Origin: the human T2T-CHM13v2.0 reference genome, Homo sapiens
DNA length: 64,000 bases
NCBI RefSeq assembly: GCF_009914755.1
Contig: NC_060937.1
Reading direction: 5' to 3' (one strand)
Positions 30,706-47,423 of this stretch are shown one piece after another; the first letter of the stretch is position 1; each line of letters opens with the position of its first letter. The notes under the pieces are model-generated. The model saw nothing but the letters and a program-made list of their open reading frames with translations, searched no databases and had not been told where the DNA came from. A program made the translations under genes and the position numbers.

Positions 30706-31097
30706 AGTTTAAAAAACACCTCTCTGATGACCACAGCATGTAGGAAGAAGCTGGGTCCGAAAGAGAGAATGCAATTGCCAAAGAGAACACAGAAACAGGT
30801 GCAGCAGGCTTGGGCTGGCCTGAGAGGTCATTAGTGGCCACTGCAAACTTCACCAGCCCAAGTGGAGAGAGGCAGAGCTTCCCATGAATCCAACCAGGAA
30901 AATATTGCAGTTTAAAAAACACCTCTCTGATGACCACAGCATGTAGGAAGAAGCTGGGTCCAAAAGAGAGAATGCAATTGCCAAAGAGAACACAGAAACA
31001 GGCACAGCAGGCTTGGGCTGGCCTGAGAGGTCTTTAGTGGCCACTGCAAACTTCACCAGCCCAAGTGGAGAGAGGCAGAGCTTCCCATGAATCCAAC
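30706..31097 (+). repeat. Near-tandem duplication: two 189-bp copies with a 14-bp spacer
   Basis: 30706-30894 vs 30909-31097; 4 mismatches counted; spacer caggaaaatattgc. Confidence 0.97.
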
Positions 31098-32187
31098 AAT
31101 GACAACATTGCACTCCGAGACTGTTCCTCCAGCACCCGCCTAGGCAAAGTCCAGGTCTCAGAAATAAGGACACCACCGCAAGAAGAGGACTCCCAGTGAC
31201 AATCTACTCCATGGGACACGAGGAAGAGGATTGAAACCTAACTGGGATGTTTCCCTCCCAGCTCTGGCTAAGGCTTACCATCTATTTCATAGCATGGAAA
31301 AATTCCAGGCTCATAGCAGCACGCGTTATACAAAGCTTTTAGTTTCCAGCAAGTTTCATTTGTAAGAAAATACACACAATTCACATATACGGTGACCTTG
31401 TAATTCTCCCTCCTCCTGCTTCTTTTCCCAGCAAAAATTCTATTTTACCCCCTCATGATCCCCCTTCCAAAACATTCCTCGGGATTTCTAGGTGCGTTTT
31501 CCTTTGGGATCTGAATGCCCCCTTCTACTAGATCACTTTGCTCCCAGAAGCACCTGGAGGGAGGCATGGCCACTTCGTCATGTGCCTAAGAGACCCCCTT
31601 CCTCCATTCTCCTGCTCCATTCCCCTCACAGAGGCCACTCCCCGGCTGCCACCAGCTCCCCTGGATCACCCCTCTGTTGGCACTGGAGTGCACATGGTAC
31701 GGTTCCTTTACACCCCAGCCCTCTCCTTTCTGGAGCATACTGCACTGAGGCGGGGGAAGCCAGACAAGCTCTACCCAGCCTCCCAGGGAGCCACCCAACC
31801 CTGCTGCCTGGCCGACATGCTTTGCTGCTCTGCTGTGCCCTTGGATAAACTTCTTTATTCATAAGGATTTTCTCCTGGAACTGCTCTACTTTTCCCCTTC
31901 AGTCTGGTTTCTTTCTGGGACACTCAGTCCAGCAGAAATATCTGAATATCATTGGTTTCAAACATCCCTGTGGAGCTCCTTCTCCTTCAGGTTCATCAAG
32001 AGATGTGGCTGGACACTGTGTCAGTGGCAGTTAAGAGGTTTCCCAAAGTTCTGTGACAGTTAAGAGGCCGTTTGTCTGCAGCAGGGAGGCTGACCTCTGG
32101 GTCAGAGGTCATGACTTCTAAGGTTTCTCCGCTCTGGCCTGGATACAATGTCCTTTTCCACGTGTATAACAAACTATGTATTATTTT

Positions 32188-32710
32188 CAGTCATCCCAGG
32201 TGCATGTTCCCAGCTGAGGTTGAACAAGGCCACAGTCTGCCTTCCCATCTCAGCTCTTATACTATAAGCAAGTGTCATCTTTGTGGTCTCTTTAGTGTCA
32301 CGTTTTTAGCATTTTTTGTGCTTTTTGTTGGTGACTTTGCTGTTTAAAATGCCCCTGTCCAAGTGTAGTGCTCAAGTGCTGCCCAGGATTGCTGAGTGCA
32401 ACAAAGGCTGTGATGTGCCTTATGCAGAAAATACGTATGCTAGAGAAGCTCCATTCAGAAGTGCGTTTTAGTGCTTTTGTCTGTGAATTAAATGTTAATG
32501 AATCAATAATATATATTAAATAAGGTGTCCTTAAACAGAAACCTACATAAAATAAGATTATGCTTATTGGTTGATGAAAATGTTGTGGCCAGAAGCTTGC
32601 AGAGACCTGACTCTGTATTTCCCCTAAGAGCGATGGTTTAGTGTTTGTTAATTCAGCATTCCTGACAACCTTATGGGAGATAGCTACTGTGAATAACAAA
32701 AATAGACTAT
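32188..32710 (+). mobile_element. MER82-like TcMar-Tigger DNA transposon fossil (5'-truncated)
   Basis: 'gttcccagctgaggttgaacaagg...gcattttttgtgctttttgttggtga...actgtgaataacaaaaatagacta'. Confidence 0.8.
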
Positions 32711-32929
32711 ATTGTCTAGAAGAATAAGAGAGTGCATGAACTACGGAAGTATAATACCATTGTTGGGCAGCCATCAGGGCCCACTAGACTTTCAAGATCA
32801 TGAATTTAAAGTAAGACAATCAATGTGACTGTGTTTTCCTCCAGCTACATTAGTGAGTCTGATGAAGCCATACAGAGGAAGAGCCATACAAGGGAGTGAT
32901 TATGATGACTGTCCTTTATGGTTTATGTC

Positions 32930-32967
32930 TGTGTGTGTGTGCGTGTATATATATATATATATATATA
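32930..32967. repeat. (TG)n(TA)n compound microsatellite
   Basis: Read directly from the sequence. Confidence 0.95.
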
Positions 32968-33249
32968 GTCCCCCAAAATTGTTAGCATAACGGGAGCCAA
33001 GAATATCTTTTTAATTTAAATAAAATTTTTAAAAATGCATATTTCTCTGACATCCCTCAATAAAAATAAAGACTGTTTCCTAGGACATATAAACTGTGAC
33101 CAATATCTTTGACTAGTAGATACTAGAATTTGATGGCATCCACTCAGGGACACCTGGCTTTCCTTGTGTGCTTTGTACACACTGAGAATTTTCTGGTAAA
33201 TCAGGCATGATTCAGTTTTCTTTTCTCTTTGTGTATTTAGTTCAGGATT

Positions 33250-33470
33250 TGGGGGCATCTGGTAGTTTGTCAGGACTGGAATCCATGCCTCACCAATTAC
33301 TAGCAGAACAACCTCTTTTAACCTCAGTTTTCTCATCTAGAGATAATGTTAGTGTCTTCTCACTGGGTTGTGTAAACTTAAAAGATGATATTTGCAAGGT
33401 GCTTTAAAAGTAGTGTCAAACACATAGGATGTCCCTACAAGCTAGTAGTAGTTGTTGTGGTGATGATGAT
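33250..33470 (+). mobile_element. MIR fragment
   Basis: 'aacctctttaacctcagttttctcatctagagataatg'. Confidence 0.6.
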
Positions 33471-34036
33471 TATGGTACTGGGAAGCTGGCCCATAGTTAG
33501 GAATGTAGAAAGTAGTAGCCGCCAGTTCTTACTTCAGACAATAGGGACTGTGTTCTGACTGGAGAAGAATGGGTCTCAGCTCAGACTTGGGAAATGTCTC
33601 ACCAGGTTCCCGAAGAGCCCACTTGGTATCTTTAGATCATAAAAGAGTAAGATGTCAGAAAAAGAGACATTCTTGGTGCACATACAGTAGTTGTTGGCCT
33701 GCCGACCCTGGGCCAGGTCCCAGGCTGTCAGGCCAGCCTGTGGGAGAGATACAGAGAGGGAAGAAGAGGGAGTCCCAGTGGTTGGATGGGGAGGCCACCC
33801 TCTGAAACAATCATCAACAGAAATCTTGCTAGAAGGGAGGGAATAAGTTACACATTGAGTTAAGGCCAGATGAAGCTAGAGAAGTAGATGAACTGGACAC
33901 CACACATTGCTAAACCAAAAAGCTAGAGAGAGGTGAGGCAAGAGAGGGTTGGAGAAAGAAGGGTGCTCCGGGTGAGGCAGTGAAGACAACAAGATGTAGA
34001 TTAGGGGAAGGACCCACTGGAATGGATCATTATTGA

Positions 34037-34914
<878 letters not shown>

Positions 34915-35719
34915 ACAACTAGTATTTTTAATATATCCTTGGGATGGTTGAAAAATTAAGGTAAACAGAATCTAAATGTTCTTCTGGGTTAGCCAGGAAG
35001 GGTTTCATGGAGAAAAGTAAGAGGAAGAAGAAGACTTATTAAAAGAAAAGAAACAAAGGGAAAGGGGCAGATAGTTCCAAAAGAGAATTCTCTTTCAGGT
35101 GTGAAGAAAGGTCTCAGAGTTGGGGACAAGAATTGAGGAAAGGGAATAGAGATGGAGCTGGCAGTTGCTTGGTAGCTCAAAGGTGGTAAACTTGGGAATA
35201 GGAACTGCCAAGGAAATATAGGAAGGGGCTGGCATCCCAAAGAGGAAATTAGGAACTGAAATGCTAGCATTGGATCTGTGGGGTAGAGGAAGAGGAAACT
35301 GTGAGAGAGACAGCATTATGACCCACACCATGACGGGTGTGTGGGAGGCTATTAACAAACAGGACGTTTCTTCACCACACAAACAAATGAAGGTGGAGAG
35401 GGGTGGCTTGCTCAGCATGGCCACCTGGACTGTGGTTGAGACCTGAGCCTCTAGTGTCAGCCAAGGCATGGCTCTGATCTGTCTTGACAGGAACAAATGC
35501 TTGCTATTCAGACACACATGCTCCACAGAAAAGGAGATTTGTAGAAGCCAAAGAGAAAGCTTCTCTTTTCTCTTTGCGTTATACAATATTTGACATATAC
35601 AAACTAATATATGCAAGTCATGAAGAAAAATGCACAAAGGTACAAAGGCAACTAGAAGAGTACTAATGCCATTGAAATTGTTTCAGGTCCTACTGGATTC
35701 CATTATTCCCTGGGGTTAA

Positions 35720-36650
<931 letters not shown>

Positions 36651-37551
36651 GTGTGAGTGTGACCTATATGGTTTCACAGATAAGTTTTACCAAACTTTCA
36701 GGAAACAGATGATTCCAATCATATATTACATTGTTCCACATAAAATATTACTATTCAACCCATGGAAAATTGACTCTGAGTAGTATATTTGATATAAGTA
36801 TGATTCAAGTTGTAATATCGAGAATTTACAACAATATTGTGCTTGTCAATTTTGCTTGACTATTGAAGTGACTTTTTAATTGTTTGTATTTTTCCATAGA
36901 AGTAAACAATATATAGTGCCCTTGAAAAAAATGCAAATGAATACTTTCTTATATCAATTTAAACCGGAACTCCATACAGCTGAGGCAGATAGAAGCACCA
37001 TTTTGCCTTTGGAACAGCTCTTTTAGTAAAAGGATTATTTAACGATAGTTTGAAAATTTTATTCTAGAAATTAGAGTTTCATAATTGAATCTCAAAATAG
37101 ATCCAAGTCTGTTTTAAATAAAAACAAATTAAAAGCCAAGCCACAAAAAAATAATTCAGAGATTTGGAACCAACTCAAGAAATGTCTACTAAGAACACCT
37201 GGCTACAGTAGGGGAAGGGGAAGAAATTGGACAAGTGACTCTAACATCATTTCAAAATAAAAAATTTAAAAATACACGGAACTGTTGCTTCCTACTTTTA
37301 TTTCCATTTCATGTATTTTTAAATTGTTTCTGAAACAGACACAAAGCATGCAGTATTTACCTCTCAATCCACCTTACTGTTGTTCACACTAACTAGAATG
37401 GAGTCCCTTAAAAGGCTGCTAAAAAAGCAGAGTTTCCACATTTATTTTTTTCAAACTTGGCTCCAAAAAAAAAAAAAAAATCCCAAGAAAGTAATCCACA
37501 GTTCTTTGTCTACCATCTGAACTGTAAGTTAGTATAAATAATCTAGTTTTA

Positions 37552-37712
37552 TGGGAATAATAGACACTGTGGACTACTAGACGGAAGGAGGGAGGAAGAG
37601 AAGTGTGGGTTGAAAAACTACCTGTTGGGAACTATGCCCACTACCTGGGTGCACAGGTACCCATGTGACAAACTTGCACAGGTACCCCCGTCTCTAAAAT
37701 AAAAGTTAAAAT
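37552..37712 (+). mobile_element. Short L1PA (older, PA13-16-like) 3'UTR end
   Basis: 'atagacactgtggactactaga...gggttgaaaaactacctgttggg...tctaaaataaaagttaaa'. Confidence 0.8.
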
Positions 37713-37759
37713 TTTTTTAAATCTAATTTTGATTATAATTAAAGAGACAAGGGTGGATA

Positions 37760-38700
37760 GTGTCATCTACTGAATGATGTCCAAAGAGCTTCATAAAGAT
37801 GATAGTTAAATGTTAACCCATCCACAGGAGGTAATCATTAGAGCATTATTGTAGCAAATCCTCTCACAAACTTTGTATTCTTAGGTTTCTAATACCAATT
37901 TAAAATCCCTTTGATTCATTTGGTGCCATTGCTTCACAGATCCATTTCCAATCCCCGGAGTGTCAGAGATTACTCTGCACTCTAACTTGAAAGTTCCCTC
38001 TGTTCCCAGGTATAGAGGCATTTTTGCAATTGCCCGGTGGAAACTTTTTTGTCATCTCTCCTGTCAGTATTGCATTAAGTGCACTCAGCCCACCATGTGG
38101 GCCTTCACTTGTCATTTTAATGGATCGCTGGGCAGCTGCTACAAAGGAAGTCTGTCCAGGAAACACTATGACTGGAGAGCACATTCAAGAGAAGCTCACA
38201 GAGCAGTGATTAGTAGGAGCCTTTTCGCCCCTATTGAATACCAGTCTTTTTATAGCTGATTGTCAGAAGCTTTGAAAATAAGCCACCTTGTGAAATGAAA
38301 CAATGTGTCCACATTTTGGATGGATAAAGGATCCAGATTCATTTATGCAGTTTATGAAAAAACTAATAGTTTTTAGCAATTAAGCTACTTTCAATTTTAA
38401 GTCTATTTCTAATGTTCTAAAATTGAAATGGTAGAAATATTTTCACACACCATGTAATTCCTTTTTCTGCCATGGGTGTCCGTGGATGTCTCAGGCTGGT
38501 CAGTCAATTACATGCCTCAATTCTTTGCCTTGACCAAACCTGCCGCAATGATGGGAGAAAGACTGCCAGCATCAGGAGAGTATTTTGTGCTGTCAGAGAC
38601 CTCCGAGGTGAAAATAGTTGGCTGTATTTCTTGTGCCTTTGTGCAGTGGACAGCCCTATCAGGAAGAGTAGACATGAGTTGGAGAAAGTGCTGAGTTGAG
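37760..38700. promoter_or_regulatory. Putative enhancer-like unique block
   Basis: No repeat recognised; seven same-strand TGTCA motifs, TGATTGTCAG at 38257-38266, several TAAT/ATTA cores. Function is inferred only. Confidence 0.4.
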
Positions 38701-38948
38701 ATAATCACTGCTCTTCTGGCCTTGAGCCTTTTCTGTACACAGCAGGGCTGCACCAATCTTTGTTCCTTCAATCTTCCATGAGGCTTCCTTGGATTTCTCC
38801 TTTTCTTCACCCAGAAAGGGTCCCCTTAGTTTCCTTGGAAGCAGACTACTTGGTAGAAGAAAACTGAGTGACTCCCACATTTCAAATGTATTATTATTAT
38901 TAATATACTTTTTAGTATTGTCATTTGCTTCATTTAAAACTGACTTTG

Positions 38949-39266
38949 GGCCGGGCATGGTGGCTCATACCTGTAATCCTGGCACTTTGGGAGGCTGAGG
39001 TGGGCAAATTGCTTGAGCGCAGGGGTTCAAGACCAGCCTGGGCAACATGGCAAAACCCGTCTCTGCAAAAAATACAAAAATTAGCAGGGTGTGGTGATGT
39101 GCCTGTAGTCCCAGCTGTTTGGGAGGCTTAGGCGGGAGGATCACCTGAGCCTAGGAGGTCAAGGCTGCAGTGAGGTGTGCTCACGCCACTGCACTCCAGC
39201 CTGGGTGACAGAGTGAGATCCTGTCTTAAAAGAAAAAAAAAGTACACGAAAAACAAACAAAAACCC
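38949..39266 (+). mobile_element. AluJ
   Basis: AluJ-type 'ggaggtcaaggctgcagtgag'; TSD ctgactttg at 38940-38948 and 39267-39275. Confidence 0.93.
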
Positions 39267-39467
39267 CTGACTTTGTCTAAGTTAATGTTGGAAAAAGAAT
39301 TCTAATAATTTTCAAATATTTCCTTTTATTCTTTTTTCTCAGCTTTCTCGAGGTATGATTGACAAAAATTGTATATATTTAAGGTGTACAATGTGATGTT
39401 TTGATTATATGTGTACTTTGTGAAACGATTACCACAATCAAGCTAACATATCCATCATCTCACCTAG

Positions 39468-40056
<589 letters not shown>

Positions 40057-41895
40057 CCTAGTTACTATTTTTGTGTGTGTGTGGTTCTACTCTCTCAGAA
40101 AATTTTAAGTATGCAATACATTACTATTAAGTATAGTCTCCATGCTGTACATTAGGTCTCCGGAATTTACTTGTAACTCAGGAATCTGTACCCTTTAACC
40201 AACATCTCCCCATTTTCCTCCACCCCAGACCTTGATAACCACCATTCTACTCTCTGCTTCCATGAGTTCAACTTTTTAATATTCCACATATAAGGGAGAT
40301 CACACAGATTTTGTCTTCTGTGTCTGGTTTATTTCATTTAGCATAATGTTCTCCAGGTTCATCCATATTGTCACAAATGGCAGGATTTCCCTCTTTTTTA
40401 AGGCTGAATAATATTCCACAGTGTATGGTGTTTGTATGTATCACATTTTGTTTATTCATTCATCTATTGACATTTAGGTAGCTTCTGTATCTTGGCTACT
40501 GTGAATAAAGCTTCAATAAACATGAGCGTGCAGATGTCTCTTTGAGTTAGTGATTTTATTTTCTTTGAATATATACCCAGTAGTGGGATTGCTGGCTAAT
40601 ATGGAAGTTTCATTTTTAGCTTTTTAAAGGAACTTCCATACTGTTTTCCATAATGGTTATACCAATCTACATTTTCACCAACAGTGTACCAGGGTTCACT
40701 TTTCTTCACAACCTTGCCAACACTTATTATGTTTTGATTTTTTTGATAATGGTTATCCTAACAGATGTAAGGTGATACCTCATTATGGTTTTGATTTGCA
40801 TTTCCCTGATTGTTAGTGATGTTAAGCAAGTTCCTCATCTTTATTCTATAAATGTATCACCTTATTTCCAGTGACTCATCCTGAGAAATGGGTGTTATTT
40901 CATAGATAGATAAATCACGGCTCATAAAAGACCAGGATCCTTACTTTAAAATGCCAAATCACTAGGTTCTCAGGTCCCATTGCCAGTCTTGATTTGACCT
41001 GTGTCATCTCTAGCCTCTCGACTTTGAGGGTAAAGTGATCTCTAATGACCTTTTTCCGGAATCTTTTATTTGAGAGGCTAGTCACTTGAAGTTCAGAAAA
41101 TAAAGGGAGTAGAATTCCTGGCTGACTTTTAAGAATGACAACAGAAATCAATATTGCTGGCTCTTAGCTTCACTGGACTTCAATTTAATGAACTGAAGAT
41201 GTCTTTCTAGTTATTTGAGGATCCTCTGACAATGACATTTGAATCCCTCACAATCATTGGCTTTGAAAATTGAACAAATAGTATGGAGCCAAGAGCTGGG
41301 CCATAGGGATAGAATGAGTGTTACTCTGTGGCAGTGCATCCCCAGGTCTCCTAGAGATGATGCACTATATGATTAAGCCAAGGGTCAGCCTCAGACCTCT
41401 TTTCTTTCCAATGCTCGCAGGGAAGATTGCCCAGAGTGAACACTCTAGATGAGATCCATTTGCCATTGCTGAGCTGGATGATAAAGTCTATAGAACCTGG
41501 TGGAGACCTGCTTTGGTTTCAAAGATCTTGCTGAATAAAGATGAATTACAGACTCATGATGGCTGATAGTAAAATGACTTCAGATGTATAGAAAATAATA
41601 TTTTTGTTGAAAGTTTGAAGGAATTTACTGATATCTTACAGGACTTCTGAGGCATAACTTAGTAAACGCCCTAAGGAAAGTACATTTAGGAAAAGGAATT
41701 GCAGAAAAGAGTCTTCTCCATCCTGCTGTAGCATATTAGATATTCAAAAGCCAAATATAAACGATTTGTTACTACTTAATTTATTTCTACATTTTGTCAG
41801 TATAGCTTCTTGAGACTTAACTGTGTGACCAGTCAGCCAGTCAACACATGTTGTGTGCCTACTGTGTGGTAGAAACTAGCAGTTTAAAAACTTAA

Positions 41896-42108
41896 GGCCT
41901 GATGCAGTGGTTCATACCTGTAATCCCCATACTTTGTGGGGGTGAGGCAGGAGGATTGTTTGAGCCAGGAGTTTGAGACCAGCCTGGGCAACATAGCAAG
42001 ACTCCTTCTCTACAGACGATAAAAAATTTAAAATTAGTCAATTGTGGTGGTGTGTGCCTGTAGTCCCAGCTACTCAGTGGGAGATTGCTTGAGCCAAGGA
42101 GGTTGAGG
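41896..42108 (+). mobile_element. AluJ, internally deleted and 3'-truncated
   Basis: Left arm plus partial right arm ending 'ggaggttgagg' followed by an A-rich stretch. Confidence 0.85.
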
Positions 42109-42141
42109 AAAAATAAAAATGTAAACACATGCATTACTTAA

Positions 42142-42489
<348 letters not shown>

Positions 42490-42509
42490 TAAATACAAGT
42501 TGGTTGCCA

Positions 42510-42715
42510 TTGTTAGCGAGTTACATGGATTCTTTCCTTGTTAAAACTTTACCTTTAATATCAGTTATAAGGCAGCAATGCCTAGTGGTTAGAACCAGAC
42601 TCTGTAGCCAGACTGTGTGCTCTTTGGTTCAAATACTAGCTCTGCCGTATTCTGGCACTGTGACATTGGGTAAGTTACCAAACCTTTAAAAATGAAGACA
42701 GTAATACCTACGTGA
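42510..42715 (+). mobile_element. MIR fragment
   Basis: 'gcctagtggttagaacc...ggttcaaatactagctctgcc...gtgacattgggtaagttac'. Confidence 0.7.
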
Positions 42716-42720
42716 TATAA

Positions 42721-43008
42721 TTTTTTTTTAACTTTTAAGTTCAGGGGTACAAGTGCTTGTGTGTCTGCTTGTTAGGGTCTGGGGTTTTTATAGGCACAGG
42801 ATGGGGGCATGGCAGGCCAGAGTGGTGTTAGGAAATGCAACATTTGGGCAGGAAAACAAAAATGCCTGTCCTCATCTAGCTCCGTGGGCACAGGCCTGGG
42901 AGTGGAGCCCTAGCCAGGGACCACGCCCTCCCGTACCCAGCACTTCCCCGCCCCCTTCTGTATCATTTAAAGGGACCACGCCCTTCCCTTCCCAGCACTT
43001 CCATATCA
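42721..43008 (-). mobile_element. Fused remnant: ~35-bp L1PA 3' terminus (42721-42756) joined to the 5' ~255 bp of an LTR1-family LTR
   Basis: T-tail with 'aacttttaagttcaggggtacaagtgc', then LTR sequence whose minus strand begins 'tgatatggaagtgctgggaagggaagggcgtggtccc'. Confidence 0.75.
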
Positions 43009-43209
43009 TAAGGATCTGAAAATTGTCAAAACTGGCACTCAAATTCATTTACATAGAACACTGCCTAAGAGGAACATGCATATGTCTTCCATCCTCTGGC
43101 TTCCATAATACAAAACAAGCAACCACCAAAGAATAACAACTAAAAGGCAGGCAAATGGGTTGAGGTTCCATTGTTTATGCCCTGGCAACATGTGCCAGTG
43201 CTTATCTAC

Positions 43210-43503
43210 ATAGTTGGGGAAGTGGGGGATGGAGAGAAATTTGTTAAAGGATACAAAATTGCAGCTAGACAGGAAGAATATCTAGTGCTCTATGCCACTG
43301 TAGGATGACTATAGTTAACAATAGTATACAGCTTCAAAACGCAAGAAATAGGATTTTGAACGTTCTCAGCACAAAGACATGGTGAACGTTTGCAAAGGTG
43401 GATATACTAAGTACCCTGATCTGATCACTCTACATTATATGTATTGAAACATCACTATGTACCCCATAAATATGTACGATTATTACGGGTCAACTAAAAA
43501 AAG
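43210..43503 (+). mobile_element. L1MA (MA4-6-like) 3' end
   Basis: 'aaaggatacaaaattgcagctagacagga...catcactatgtaccccataaatatgtac' followed by an A-tail. Confidence 0.85.
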
Positions 43504-44325
43504 TATTTGATGTATCCCCTCCCTTCTCCTGCCTCTCTCTTTCTTATTAATAGCAACTGGAGGTGCAAACAGACATAAGGGAATTCCACCAGGTAAAGGG
43601 TTGAGAGTGCTCATAACTGACTTAATGGTGAAGCCAAAAAAGGAGAACTGGTTCCTCTGCCCTTGTTAATAATTCAACACTGCCAATAATTAGATTATTT
43701 CTCTGGTGATTTCATTCCACTGACTGACTTCAGAGGAATTATAAACAGACGTAGTCTTCTTGTGTTTTCTTCCAGAAGTTGTTTTTTATTTTATCTTTAA
43801 ATCTATGATCCATTTTGAGTTAATTTTTGTATATAGTGTGAAATATGGATTGAAATTTCTCTCTCTTTTCAATTTTTTTTGGCATAGAATATCCAATTGT
43901 TCCAGTACCATTTATTGAAAAAACCTTTTTTCCCCCCATGGAATTGCCTTTGTACCTTTGTAAAAAAATTAATTGTCCATATATGTGAATCTATTTCTAG
44001 AATCTCTGTTCTGTTCCATTGATCTATTTGTGTATCTTCATGCCATTTCCACACTGTCTTAATTACTTTGGCTTTATAATGAAACTTAAAATCAGGTAGA
44101 ATTGGTTCTCCAACTATGTTTTTCTTTTTCAAGTTGTTTGGCTAATTTAGATCCTTTGCATTTTCATATAAAGTTTAGAATTGGCTTGTCAATTTCTATA
44201 CACAAAAAATGCCAGCTGGAATTTTGAGTAGGATCTCACTAAATATATAGATCAACTTGGAGGGAATTGGCATCTTAACATTGAGTCTTCAGAGCCACGA
44301 ATATGGCATATCTATCTATTTAGAT

Positions 44326-44546
44326 CAAGCTTGTCCAACCTGTGTTCTGCAGGCTGCATGCAGCCCAGAATGGCTTTGAATGTGGCCCATCACAAATTCA
44401 TAAACTTTCTTAAAACATTATGAGTTTTTTTTGTGATTTTTTTCAGCTCATCAGCTATCGGTAGTGTTAGTGTATTTTATGTGTGGCCCAAGAAAAGTCT
44501 TCTTCTTCCAATGTGGCCCAAGGAAGCCAAAGATTGGACACCCTTG
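44326..44546. mobile_element. MER30 (hAT-Charlie MITE)
   Basis: Termini caagcttgtccaa / ttggacacccttg; 8-bp TSD atttagat at 44318-44325 and 44547-44554. Confidence 0.9.
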
Positions 44547-45369
44547 ATTTAGATCTTCTTTAATTTATCTCATCTATGTTTGATAGTTTTCAGTGTGCAA
44601 GTCTTGCATATTTTTGTCAGATTTGTTTCCTAAGTATGTCATATTTTTGGAAGCTATTGTAAATAGTATTGTTTGTAAACTTCAACTTCGGGTTATTGTT
44701 AATATATAAAAATACAATTGATTTTTGCATATAATCTTGTATTCTGCAACCTTGCTAAACTCACTACTTCTAGTAGCTTTATTTTTTTTGAGGGGGAGTA
44801 AAATACCATCAGATTTTCTATGTAGACAACCATGTCATCTGCAAATAAAAACAGTTTTACTTCTTCCTTTTAATCTGGATAGAGTTTATTTCTTGGTTGA
44901 TTGCACTGGCTAAGAACCTACAGTTGAACGTGGAATAGCAGGAGTGAGAGCAGACATAACTGTCTTGTTCTTGGTCATAGGAGAAAGCACTTAATCTACC
45001 ATTATGTATGTTTGCTATAGGTTTTGGTAGGTGCCCTTCAGCAGGTTGAAGAGGACTCATTTTATTCCTAATTATTGAGAAATCGGTTTTTAAAAATCAG
45101 GAATGAATGTTGGATTTTGTCAGATGCTTTTACTCTATCCATTGAGATTATAATGTTTTTTTTTTTCTTTTTAGTTTGTTAATATGGTCAATCACATTGA
45201 TTTTCTCATGTTAAACCAACTCTGCATTTCTAGACTAACTCCTACATGGCCTCATTGTATTTTTCTTTTAATATATTATTGAGTTCTTTTTGCTGAAATT
45301 CTATTTAGAATTTTTATCTGCATGTTATACCAAATTTTAATAAAGGGGTGTAGCAATCTCTGACTGTAA

Positions 45370-46062
<693 letters not shown>

Positions 46063-46779
46063 TAGCCTGCAAAAAACCTGGCCCTCCCACCCTAGCCTTT
46101 TAATATGCAAATGCATGGTGCCATAGATGTTCTACACACGTGGGGATATGTGGGGGCAGCCATGTTGCCAGGAACATGTGGGGAAAGGGCAAGAAGGCCC
46201 AGCAGAATCGCCATATTGGATGGACTCATTTTCTAATGGCTTGCATTTGCATATCAAAGTTGCCGGCCTGGCTCTAAGGGCCAGAGCTTTACAAGAAACT
46301 TTTCGGGAGATGCTTTAAAAAATGAAAACTTCCCAAGGACTCCTTTTCCTCTCTATCTGCCTAAAATAATTTCTTAATAACTCTTACAACATTTCCCCTT
46401 GTGGAGATGCCACACTAACTGCTGCTAGGGGGTTTTGGGCGATGACTCTTTCTGGCTACTTCCTGCTGAAAAGGGGTATTCAGTGGGAAACAACAGCTAG
46501 GGCTCCTCCTGGGGTCCATCTAAGGGTCCTCAGACTAATGGTGTGTCCATGTGTGGTTCAGTTTACAGCACTATTTGGAATTTGATTGCTTCTAGGCGAG
46601 AAGAAACAATTTGAGTCATAGTATTGAATATAGAGGGTCCAAATGTTAATACAGACACATAAGCAAGAGAGGGCTTAATAAAGGGGCTAACCAATTTCAT
46701 AAAGAAGACTGGAATTCATTAAAGAGGGATTGTAGCCATCCAGGGCTGAAGCCAGCATTTTCCCTGAGCCTGTCAATAA

Positions 46780-47423
<644 letters not shown>

